Positions 1-37,400 of a stretch of 64,000 nt of DNA are shown here, one piece after another. This DNA comes from Laetmonice hystrix. Its lineage: Eukaryota. Numbering within the stretch: the stretch's first letter is position 1; each line of letters starts with the position of its first letter. Location: positions 36,272,001 through 36,336,000 of the forward strand of contig OZ249436.1 in assembly GCA_965235115.1 (NCBI GenBank). The letters are read 5' to 3'. The notes under the pieces were generated by a model that worked only from the letters and a program-made list of their open reading frames with translations, did not search any database and was not told the origin of the DNA. The position numbers were made by a program, and so were the translations under genes.

Positions 1-950
1 GGCAATTATATAAACAAAGGCTCAGCAGGCCAAGTGCCAGAGACCGTGGGAATGTTATGTATAAAAGCAGGGCAATAGACTGGTGTTATCGTGCCCCAAA
101 TACCCCAGACTGTAATAATACACAACTAGATAGGATGTGGCGATGGCCACATTATGAATCCCATCCCCCTGGGGCGTTCCCGTTCTACTAATTTTCAACA
201 TGAAACATGGCTCCGTCTTGCACCTATCACAAGTTATAATCCTTGCCTTAATAGATGCCAATAATGTCATTATGATGTCAGACAGTACGCTGCTGTACAT
301 CATGAATCTTGGCGTCAAATGAAAGCAGGGTTCCCTGCTTTTTGTGAACATCCAATTCCCTAAGTGTTTTCCTGAGAATTCCCTGAGAAATTTCCAAAAT
401 TCCATGTGATATATATTTGTGTTTTATAGGTAGCATAACCGATTATAACGGTCCGGAGAGGTGCATTCTTCACACTCTATCAACATTACAAAGCCACGAT
501 ATAAATAAGTCATTTTTTCAGGGATTCCAATACCGTCATAATATGATCATTATGGTCTCCGGTCGATCTGGCCCATGACCGATATGGCCTGGTTGATATG
601 GCCCAGGTAGTTGGTCAATATGGCCCACCCCCGGTCAATATGGTACACTAGCTAGCTTTTCACGGTAATGCCATCATGAGTTGCTAGTCTGGGAATATTT
701 CCCTTTGAGGCTGAAGGTGGAGATGTCAGCACCTGTACCTGAGTGTGAGAAAGCTTTTGACGGCACGCTGCATAAATAATATTGGTATCAATTGAAAGAG
801 CATAATCTTTCCATTCATGTTTAATAGTAACTATGAGAGTATCTCGCACCGTTTAGCAGTTTTACTTACAGGCCTCTGAAAATCGTTATAGTACTCCACA
901 ACATATCTAGTGCAACTCTCCTCCTATGTAAGATTCAAAAACATCTATGT

Positions 951-1327
951 ATTAGACAGTTATACCTACAGTTCAGAACCACAGTTAATTCAGTTATGTC
1001 TGTTCTGAATACACATAGGCCTAATCCTCCAACCCTGCCCTGATTGGGAGGAAAGGGGGAGTATAGTGACTCACGACCCACCGGCCCAAACTGTGAAATC
1101 TATCCACATCAATCTGCTGGCTCACTAAACCAAGGACAGCTGGCCAAGAGTTGTTTTGTAACTTTAAGAAGACAGCCTTCATGAGAGTTTTGTTTTATTG
1201 CTTTCCTCCAATATAAGATTAAAAAAATATGAATTAGACAGTTACACATACAGCTCTAAAGCACAGCTAATTCAGTTGGGGCTGTTCTGGACATACAGAT
1301 TCCTCCAACCCCACCCTGACTGGGACG
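951..1327. repeat. Diverged direct duplication (~100 bp, copies near 951-1050 and 1233-1327)
   Basis: Both copies read ATTAGACAGTTA..ACAG.TAATTCAGTT..CTGTTCTG..CCTCCAACCC..CCCTGA.TGGGA. Confidence 0.6.
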
Positions 1328-3602
1328 ACCGGGTAGTCGACACCAGCCGGCCTTATCAGCAGCAATTACATAACTCTCAGCCCCGGCCAGCGCCGGGCGG
1401 CACCAGCTCACACTGCGGGCGGTCTGTGTATACAGAGACTGCAACCATCCTAGTGCCAAACATAATAATTTGTGAAGACTATACCCATGAAAACTTATGA
1501 TTTTGGCTATATTGCCTTTCGAGAAAAAGAATTAAACAATCAGTGGTATACCTGACTCTATGCACTTTATAACAGACGTACTTGCATATGGTCAATACCT
1601 TTCAAGATACAGCCCGTAGAAGTTCGGTTACATAAATCAGAAAGATGACGTCATAGATGACATCACAAGTCTCGTGATACAAAAATTATGGTACGTAATT
1701 AAAGAGGACATAAACCTTTATAAAGTTAATGAACAATTAAGGCTCTGTCTTAAATCTTTCAAAAGTTACAGCAAGGACCTTTCAAAATGACCGAAGTTCA
1801 AAATTTCAAGGTCACGTGGTTCAGTGAAAATAGGTCAAATTGCTAAACCCGATGTACCAGTTTTTGGAGCTTTCAGTGGAAAATGTTTCTACCAGATATT
1901 GTCAAATTTCACCAAAAAATGGGGAAGAAGACTCGATTTAACCGATTTGTGACCTCAGACCCAGTTCTCTCTAAGCTTAAAGGTCAAAGGTCAAATCAAG
2001 TGTCAGATTTAGGCAACACCCATGCCTGATTATATTGCTATGAGGCGTTTTTGAAATTCCCAATATGAGCTTAGAAAATGGGCCTCAATGCACAAAACAC
2101 AATTTACGTCATGACGTCATGACGTGACGTCATATGACGTCATGCTTCAAACTGGCAATACTCTTTGGCGTCCTCAATATGCCTACCACGTTTTGCTTTG
2201 ATATCATGAAAAATGAGCGAGATATGGATATATTTAGTGAATAGTCTAACTACTACGGGAATAATAATACAGAAGATGAAACCACACAATTTCAAAATCC
2301 CATCCCCTTGATGGGGGATGGGATAATTATAAGTGTCAAAGGGAGACGTCATCTCAGAATGGTGCCATTTTGTCAGGTCATGTTTGTTTTCTCACAACTA
2401 ACACTGGGTAGTAACATAGTGTGCTGAGTAAATTCTTCATATTTTTGTGTTAAAAGTTTAGAACCATGGGGGGTTTACCATGGTCTTGTTTTTAACTTGA
2501 CCTTAGGAGGGTTAATATATGAAATGTGGTTATGTGGTTGCCCAGACCCTGTCTTTTGAAAACAACACAAGCACCATCAGTGACTGTCTGGGAAATGGAG
2601 ACAGTCCTGAGCTATATGAGAGTCATATCCTTATAGGCTTAGGGCCTGAGAAGCTATATAATGGAGACTTATTTATTTTGCACATTTTTTCTTTCAAGGC
2701 CATTCGCAGTATTCTGTAGTCATTGAAATGACAGATACTCAGTGATTGCTTTAAATCCACATATTTTGAATTTATGAAAATTAGGCAACTTTTATTACCA
2801 AACAATCAGGGCGACAGAAACCATCACGTCATTGTTTTCCTCAAATATTATTAAGATGGATTGGTTTGTATAAAACTCCCCCTATAATCAGAGAAACCAC
2901 CGACTCCATTTGTGATAACTGGCCCCTGTTAAATGACGGAAACAATTGACTCGGCAATGTCTGGAGGCTATATGCAGGATCCCTTCCCATATGGTATTGA
3001 GCCTAGTGCAGGTGACGCATTTTTGCTGACATTTTAATTTCGTACAAACACCATTTGCACAATTTGCATGAAAATAAAACCAGCACAAATAAAACCCAAT
3101 CCACAGTACTTGTATGTGTACATACGTTTGTATCAGGTTAAACTGACCCAGTTCAGAAAATTGCCCATCATGACCGATTGTGGGATCACTGAGACAGTAT
3201 AAACAGAGTTGTGGGTGTTGCCAGACAAGCAGGATCCAGGTCAGAGTGAGAGGGACAAATAACAGCATGTGATCAGAGATCTACAAAGATACTCTGTCTG
3301 GGAAGGCTCCTCCCATGTGTTTCAGTTTCTAACGGATCTTAGCTACTTGAACCGATGAGTTGATGGTGTAAAATCCTACAACAAAGTGTCAGTTGTTTAT
3401 TTATCTTTTATTATTACATCAGGTATCTTTACTGATGCACTGGTAAATGACTAAGTATATATGTGTTTTATAGGGCAGCCAAATGAAATCTTTTTACATC
3501 CTACATGTACCTACTTGTTCTCGAAAAAAATATTGGTATATGAAATAATGTTCAAATGGTGCATTTATCTCAAGCTATGTTTCTTTTGACTTTTACTTTA
3601 AG

Positions 3603-28598
<24,996 letters not shown>

Positions 28599-30898
28599 AA
28601 CCTTGACAGAATACACAATCTACACCGTTAAAATCTCTGCTTATAGAAGGTTGTGGGAGGGAGGGGACAACAGCACTGGGTCAGTTGTCACTATCTCAGG
28701 GAATGGCATGCTGCATTAATGCCTTGAGAAATTGAGCTTTACTTCGAATACAATGACATTTTAATGCTGTGAGGATTATTGAATGACCCATTGAAACTCA
28801 CCAAGTATCGATGTGGTTTACGAAGTGACCCTCCAAAAACTCGCCTTGTATCAACGATTAGAGCAAAGGAACAATGATATTTTTTTCAAGTCAAGCGTAG
28901 ACGTGTAAAACATTCAGTATCATGCCTATGTTAGTGAGTCAGCGGTGTACGCGATGCGATTTATGTTAATCTCAGCAGAACGTTACAAGTAGATCAACGT
29001 AAACAACTGATGTAAAAACTGGTAGAATTTTCATTTTGTTCCATAATTTAAGGGAATTTTTGGTTATCTTAACGCAAGAATTACCAGTACGTCCATTACA
29101 ATTTAAGGCCGGTAAGTTTTTAGATAGTGTACCACGCTGAAACGACGTCTGGAACCTGACGTTATTTTATGACTTGGTTATGTAACAAACGTTCCGAGAC
29201 TGGGGATGATGTCATGGCTAATGATCAAAAAACACATCCAGGATTAACTGTCTGACTTTCAGGCATACACTTAACGCCAGGAAACCATACTAGTAACCTA
29301 TATCCACTGTGAAAGTGTTATTTATTGTTGCATGATGAAGCTGTAGCCTGTTCCTCAGTAGCATGACGTGGCTTAAGTGTATATTGAGTGTATATTACGT
29401 GTATATTATACATGGATATGACATAGGTTGATTCTCAACCCTGATTATGGGTACAATAGCAGTGCCTTATGACGAGACGTTGTAATGCATGATAATAATG
29501 CGAGCAGCAAGATGTCGGGTGTACAGGGTAGACACCTCGACTTCAGGACCAGAAATAGTCTGGACCAATGGTGCCGAGTTGTTTTTGCTATTGATGTTGT
29601 TTGATCTTTGAATCTCTTGTTACAGTTAGAGAGTATAAACGTACGACACGGTATCTAGGTGTCGAGATTCAGAAAATGGTGGTAACTTATTGTCAATTGT
29701 GAGTTGCTATCTGACACGCAAGTAATATTCTGTTCCAGGATTAGCAAGATAGATAAATCCGTCTACATGTATTCGTTTTTCTCTATTTTTTCAATTGCAG
29801 ATTTATTTGCTCTCATTGAGATAAAAAAAATCGTCATTCTTTGGGTCAATTTTATCATACCGACAGTAATTTCAAATCCCAAGAAGTAAACCCCTTAGAA
29901 CTAGCAGAAAGTGGGACCGACAAGTGTTGATTTTCTGTGATCCCTGGATAGACGGATTCCATAAATAGAATATCCTGTAATAACTTCATCGAGTCCTTGT
30001 GTTTAACACTACACGAATCCCACTCTGAGTTTGTCTACTCGTAAGTACATGTAACATGATATCGCGATATAAGTAGTATTTATTCAAGATGAATATTTTG
30101 CATAATGCTGAGTCAAATACCAAGGAGGTGTGCAACCGATGATGTAAATCGATATTAGTTGTGTAGGTAAGGAAACTTGAGCTGATCTCAGCGCTATTTA
30201 CAAAGGTATGAACCAAGATCATCAGATCACCCGGTCCAGTTTCAAATCAAAAGGTTCATAGTCCTGCCATTTTTAGGCTTGTATTTAAACCAGTTTTAAT
30301 CTGGGTTATTTTACCGCACAGTTAAAGAATTAGGTAAAGCGTCCAACATTTAAAATGTAAACACGGGCGTAGATTTTACAGCACATTGTAGCCATTTTTT
30401 TTACAAGTTCAATACTTTGCACCAGTACCGTACAGAAGAGTGAGAATCATTAATTTGACTATATAAATATAGTCGGTTTTTAAGGTAAAGAATACGACAG
30501 AACACACGCCCTACTGAGGCAGAATGATACCATTTATGTAGAATGGATTAGTGGTCTCACGTAGAGCGCATGGAAATGTGCACGGCTCCGGATATTTTGG
30601 ATGTATTGAAAATTATATTATTGTTAATGTTGAACGATGGAGTTTTTATTATTATATTTTTTTTTATTTAGAATTTTTGCATTCATTTTGCAAACCTGAA
30701 ATAATTTCTCACAAAATATATATTATGAAGCTTTAAAAAACAATGTGTTAGAACTATCTTCACAATCGATTGAGAGAGAAACGCTATAGACTCTTGCGAA
30801 CAATAGGTTTTGCGACATGTATGGAATGATCAGCGCACGTGATAATATTTTGTTAAATTAATGCACCCTGTATTTAGAGCCCTACATCCAGGTATGGA

Positions 30899-30904
30899 AA
30901 TAAA
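30899..30904 (+). terminator. Candidate polyadenylation signal of MRP1 (3'UTR about 2.3 kb)
   Basis: AATAAA followed by T/GT-rich sequence, after which the sequence character changes. Confidence 0.45.
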
Positions 30905-32609
30905 TATTTTTGTGCCTTGCATCAAGTGAGTTAATAGCGTTTTGTGTCGTCCAGTTAGTATGGTTTATAGTTAACATATCCTTCCCTAACTAGGTCTTTA
31001 TATGGGTACAGAGGCGGCCGGTGGGGGGGGGGGGGTTCCTCATGTTTTTTCATACTACACGTTATAGGGTCTTTATGCACTTGGCCGTAAAGGGAAAATG
31101 GATTTATTACGTACTTTTGATGATTTTAATTTCCGGAACGATCGAACACTTTGAGAGCAACCTTGAATGTTATGCTTGGACCCAGAAGTTTCTGAACCTC
31201 ATGCTTACAACACCGATGCCTTTGCCTATCATTGTTTATAATTAGGCCGTTTGTGTCATGGATATTCATGAAAATATATATATCTTAAGAAAAACATGGA
31301 TAATTTGGGCGGTAGAGAAGCAAAGAGAAAAAAAGATCCCCATACATCTCCATACATGCTCATTTGGTCACCGTCGGGCAGATTTCACGAAAATCTTGTT
31401 TCTCTGCTGCTTCGGCTGAAACGACGTTCGGCTCGACTGAGAGACACGGGAAATGATTTCACGCTTCACGCAGCCATTTTTTCTTTTTTCTCCATTGAAC
31501 TTTTCTGAATTGACCATGCTACCCCCCAGCAGAGTTGGTCCGCCTGCATGGGTGATTTATATGTATACATGCCTTATTAAATCAGAGTCGGACTCGAGAG
31601 TGGGACGGAACCTCTGTAATATTGGCTTACCGGCAAGGTCTGTAAGAGGCTGTTACCCTCATTAAACAGGCGGAGTTAGTCGGATTGAAATATCTCGTAT
31701 TTCCCTGGATGGCAACAACAGGATAGGAATACCACCCTAGACGGTATAAGTGACACTAGTATAAATCGGCCTATGACTATGGTTCTGCGTGTTTAGGTCG
31801 AAGTAGCCAAGCAAACAGAAAACAAAAACAAAAAAAAGCAATACAACCCTGAGCCACCACTAGATAGTGAGCGACAAGCATAGGTGCCGGAAAATATTGA
31901 GAATTAGTGGGATACCGCCAGATTTGATACCCATAGGGAGCACGCTGGAAGGCATTTACAGTCGCAGGGCCACTAGAGTGTAGTGTTGCGAGAGTTTCTG
32001 AGGAAAACCTGACAGATCCTCTCTTGGCACATCATATGTAAATGAGTTTTTCTTATATTTGACCTGTGATTTATATGTGCATATTTTCAACTAGCTTTAT
32101 CTTTCCACCGACTTGTTTGGTCATTCACTTCCGGCTGATATTCTCTGGTGGTCGTGGAAGCAGCGGCCTTGGCTGACCCCCGGCTGTCCTCACTGCAGTG
32201 ACTTGGGGTCAAGTGGGAATAAAGATTAGGTAACTGTAACCTAGCCTGCCACTCACCTGTTCACTGGGCGGCGAGGGAGGGGGTGGTTGAATTAATGCCA
32301 TAACTCAGTGCCTCAGGACTAATACATTTAATTGGCATTATTAGGTTGTTATCACAAGCCACTAGAAAGTCATTTAAGGATTCTCAGCCACGGGCAAGTA
32401 CGGGAAAGCTGACAAGGGGAAATCTGCTCTTTTTTTCCCCCATCTTTTTTTCATCTTTAATCATCTTATAAATTTGGGAAGACTGCCTGTCTGACTGACT
32501 GGGAAGATCTGACTCCCAAGTTACTGTTGTCATGTAAGTGCTTCCATTATTAAAACGTAATATCATGGACAAAAATAAATGGAGATCAATGACCGTATCA
32601 TAAATAACC

Positions 32610-32615
32610 TTTATT
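32610..32615 (-). terminator. Candidate polyadenylation signal of FNIP (3'UTR about 1.8 kb)
   Basis: AATAAA on the minus strand with T/GT-rich downstream sequence. Confidence 0.45.
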
Positions 32616-34378
32616 TACATGGATGTACATTTTTTTAATATATATTTTTTATACATTTGGCACGTTTAATATGTCGACATCCATTCAAATGGCGCTCGTA
32701 ACTTCATACAAACAAATGAAAGACGTGTAGAAATGTTACCAAGCCCTGAGGTCGCAGAATGTGAAAACGGAAAGCTCCCGTCACGTTCGGCTGCTAGTAA
32801 TATCACCCCCTTGGACCCATTGTATATAAACGGGCGTCAGGCAAACAAACCTCTCTCATCCTCTTAGAACAACTTCTCCAAGCCTATCTACATATTTCTC
32901 AAATATTTAAAACTCATCGTATCTAAAGATTTATAAAAATTTCTGCAGTGAAATACTTGTTGAATCTGAACCTTAAGGCAGACCAGCTGTAAACCTTAAA
33001 CCTGATGAAGAAATATCCTTAAATGTGACTCTGAAATTCTTAAATTCAATGTGTGATGCCACGTTTGTGGAACTGAAACGTAAAAGGTAGTGCTGTAAAT
33101 AATCAACGATAGAAAACTATTGAAAGACATGATTCTACAAGATATTACAAATAAATTCTAAATAAGATCACTTTTGGGACTGGCGTTGCTGAGTTGGCCA
33201 CAAAATTTGTGGAACAGGCATCCCCCTAGCATTTGGCTAGATATTCCCGTTGAATGTTACTGAAAAACAACATTAACCTTAGCTGCTTAGTTTGGCTGGG
33301 GTAAAATAGAGACTTCATGACTGCACCCTGCACCCTGACCGAACAATGCCTCGAGCCAGACCAACATCTTAAGTTACTCAAGTGTCCATAGAGGTGGTGC
33401 CTCGTGATGTAAACATGGGTTGTCATAACGGATATTATCGATATCTGAAGGCACCATCCAGGACCCAACAAGAATCAAAGGTTTTGACACTTTGTCCAAG
33501 GCATGTTCTGCAATTCTCATCAAACAATACACCTCATCTTTACCTGTAGCCTATGCAGTGCGGATGTTAGCTTCAGTAAAAAGTTGCTTTCTTTGATCTT
33601 CTCCGGAAACTGAATGATGGAGATTATAGCGGGTCGGGTCTGAGTACAACTAGCCTAAGGAAGATCGACAAGCCAGCAGTGCCACTACTTCCTGATTCAT
33701 GCCTCCTCCACACAGCCCTAACTCATTGGTTCATTGTATCAAAATCTGACTTAATACTCACAATGTCACATGTTCAATAGCATATCCCTTAAATTATAGC
33801 AACTGTATAACGCACACACACACAGACTCACCCACACTGGATGCTGGTAGGACCAGTCTTTTCAACACACAACCTTATAAAATATCTTAGGAAACAATTA
33901 AAGGGATCCAGTCCCTCCACGACTCCGTATCCAGGTTATATAAGTCCAGATGACAAGCCGTTATAACAATTTCATACAAACTGTTCAGCAACACCCTCAC
34001 CAAGCTGTCCAATTGTAGCCCAGTAACGTGCATGCCACTGACACCGCCAGTCACAGCTCACAACTAGAGGCAGCAACTGAGGCTACCAGTTCCTGAAAAA
34101 CACTGGTCGTTCTGGTTTTCCTGCTGTTCAGGCATTTTAAAAATTGTAGTATTTAATTTGATTTTGGTCAAGATTTTCTCATAACGTCACGTTATATAAA
34201 CCCGGTTTCACAATGGCACATTATAGTTGCCTGGCCTCCACATCGAGAGATACAGACGCTCTGGAGGCCCAGTTCTTCACACTCTCCATTGAGTATTGTT
34301 GTCAAGGCCAGGCCAAACTCCTCCTTACTGACTGGTCACTAGCGCCGAAATACCGGTTTCCATTCAAACGTTTGGAGG

Positions 34379-34457
34379 TCAAAGTAAAGCCAGTGAGAGG
34401 TGGGAGGTGTGCGTTCCGGCCACGGCCAGTAGAAGGGGCATGTCGCTCACATCGAAC
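34379..34457 (-). CDS. FNIP: FNIP last coding exon ([25 protein letters not shown])
   Basis: TTTTTTCAG acceptor; TGA stop. Confidence 0.9.
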
Positions 34458-37400
34458 CTGAAAAAACGCAGCGACATCGCCTGTTAATATCACCTTAAAT
34501 CATAAAAAATTCAGTCCTTTCCTGAACTAATTCATCTACAGAAAAATGGCCCATCTGTTCGTAAAAACGATAAACAAGACATTTCTACATCTCCAGATAT
34601 TAGATCCTCTCAGTCAGTTGTACTTACTGTTTGATGTTGATGTTAGACCAGGTATTAGATACTCTCAGTCAGTTGTACTTACTGTTTGATGTTGATGTTA
34701 GACCAGATATTAGATACTCTCAGTCAGTTGTACTTACTGTTTGATGTTGATGTTAAACCAGATATTAGATACTCTCAGTCAGTTGTACTTACTGTTTGAT
34801 GTTGATGTTAGACCAGATATTAGATCCTCTCAGTCAGTTGTACCACAGATTACCATACACAAACAGATTGGAAACGGCCATAGTAATGACGTGAAACAAA
34901 GATGGCGTCACAATTCAGTGATTTGTCAGTGGCGACACCATGCGTCGGAGGAGATAAACTAAACGCCCTCCATAGGAAAAGCATGGCGTGACAGGTTTAG
35001 GACAACATATCTGACAATGACCTGCATTTGATGGCAGGTGTAAAAAAAAATACGGTACTCGGATGCCCAGGGTAGCCATATTTTCCCGCTAGGCTACCAA
35101 CCTATGTCCAAAATGGGACTGAGGACGTTCCCAGCCGGGCTCATGCATAACTTGCCATAGGCGCATTGTAGTTTATCTCGTCCGTCGCCAGATGTCACTA
35201 GTGGTCACGGGCGCAAACCGGAAGTTTCAAATCGGCCTATCTCGTTTCCAATCTGTTTGTGTATGCTAATCTGTGGTTGTACTTACTGTTTGATGTTGAT
35301 GTTAGACCAGATATTAGATACTCTCAGTCAGTTGTACTTACTGTTTGATGTTGATATTAGACCAGATATTAGATACTCTCAGTCAGTTGTACTTACTGTT
35401 TGATGTTGATGTTAGACCAGGTATTAGATACTCTCAGTCAGTTGTACTTACTGTTTGATGTTGATGTTAGACCAGATATTAGATCCTCTCAGTCAGTTGT
35501 ACTTACTGTTTGATGTTGATGTTAGACCAGATATTAGATACTCTCAGTCAGTTGTACTTACTGTTTGATGTTGATATTAGACCAGATATTAGAAACTCTC
35601 AGTCAGTGGTACTTACTGTTTGATGTTGATGTTAGACCAGATATTAGATACTCTCAGTCAGTTGTACTTACTGTTTGATGTTGATGTTAGACCAGATATT
35701 AGATACTCTCAGTCAGTTGTACTTACTGTTTGATGTTGATGTTAGACCAGATATTAGATACTCTCAGTCAGTTGTACTTACTGTTTGATGTTGATGTTAG
35801 ACCAGATATTAGATCCTCTCAGTCAGTTATACTTACTGTTTGATGTTGATGTTAGACCAGATATTAGATACTCTCAGTCAGTTGTACTTACTGTTTGATG
35901 TTGATATTAGACCCGATATTAGATACTCTCAGTCAGTTGTACTTACTGTTTGATATTGATATTAGACCAGATATTAGAAACTCTCAGTCAGTGGTACTTA
36001 CTTGAGCAGTGCTGCTAAGTGTTTGATCTAGATATTAGATACTCTCAGTCAGTTGTACTTACTGTTTGATGTTGATGTTAGACCAGATATTAGATACTCT
36101 CAGTCAGTTGTACTTACTGTTTGATGTTGATGTTAGACCAGATATTAGATCCTCTCAGTCAATTGTACTTACTGTTTGATGTTGATATTAGACCAGATAT
36201 TAGATACTTTCAGTCAGTTATACTTACTGTTTGATGTTGATGTTAGACCAGATATTAGATACTCTCAGTCAGTTGTACTTACTGTTTGATGTTGATATTA
36301 GACCAGATATTAGATACTCTCAGTCAGTTGTACTTACTGTTTGATATTGATATTAGACCAGATATTAGAAACTCTCAGTCAGTGGTACTTACTTGAGCAG
36401 TGCCGCTAACTGTTTAGCAGATGTTAGACCAGATATTAGATACTCTCACACTCAGTCAGTTGTACTTACTTCAGCAGTGCCGCTGTTTGTTGCTGATATT
36501 AGACCAGATATTAAATACTCTGTCAGTTGTACTTACTTGAGCAGTGCCGCTAACTGTTTGATGTTGAATCTCTTGTGAAGCCGGATGTACTCGGCCAGTG
36601 TACGACTCTTGAAGAAAATCTCCTGTAGTCTGTCCTCTAGGTGCATCAAACACTAGAACAACAAGTAGACCCTTTTAGTCCACTTCTCTGTGGGTTTCAG
36701 ACCACCTGATCTGACAATTAAGTCTTTCTACTTCACTACACATACCAAACAACTTTAAGATTTTAAAGATATCGTACTAAAGCTTATATCATTGAAAATC
36801 ACTTACAAATTCTGGCGACATTTTCAGCTTCCAGAGATCATGGACGGACTCGATGATGTTACACACGAGCTGTGACGCTGCAACCTCTTGGGTCTGGAAC
36901 CGATCAGGTGCGTCGCAGCGACAGGCCTGCAGACGTACGTTCCTACAATTGGGACCAGTTTGTATTCCATTAACTGGGATTCAAAATCAGTGTAAAGACA
37001 AACAAAAGAAACCTGTTGAATGAAAATAAGATGAGTAAAAATCGTCAGGCTGATATAAGAGAGAACGAGATAGAACTATTAAGAAGAAGCAATACTAAAA
37101 AACTTGTAAAGTCAGTGAAAGTAATGGTGACACCACCCTACATTAACTTACCATTTGTCAACGTCAGCAAGTATGCAGACTGCTTCTGTGATGGGTTCAT
37201 CAAGGACAGAGTTCTGTGGCACAAAGTACACAAAATGGTCACTTAATGTAAACTATACCGGCTATGATCTACCCTATGTACTCAATACAGTCTCTTCACG
37301 TGGCAACAACCTGGGGCAGTCACAAAGGTTATACTTACCATTTTCACCATTTAATGAAACATATGACTGATTAAAACTCATTTATACTAGTGCCATACAC

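Noticed and set aside
1..3600. Upstream TMD0 exons of MRP1
   Set aside because: No convincing exon found. The region looks like intron with repeat fragments, for example the hairpin ATCCCATCCCC/GGGGATGGGAT at 2297-2324, whose family I cannot assign.
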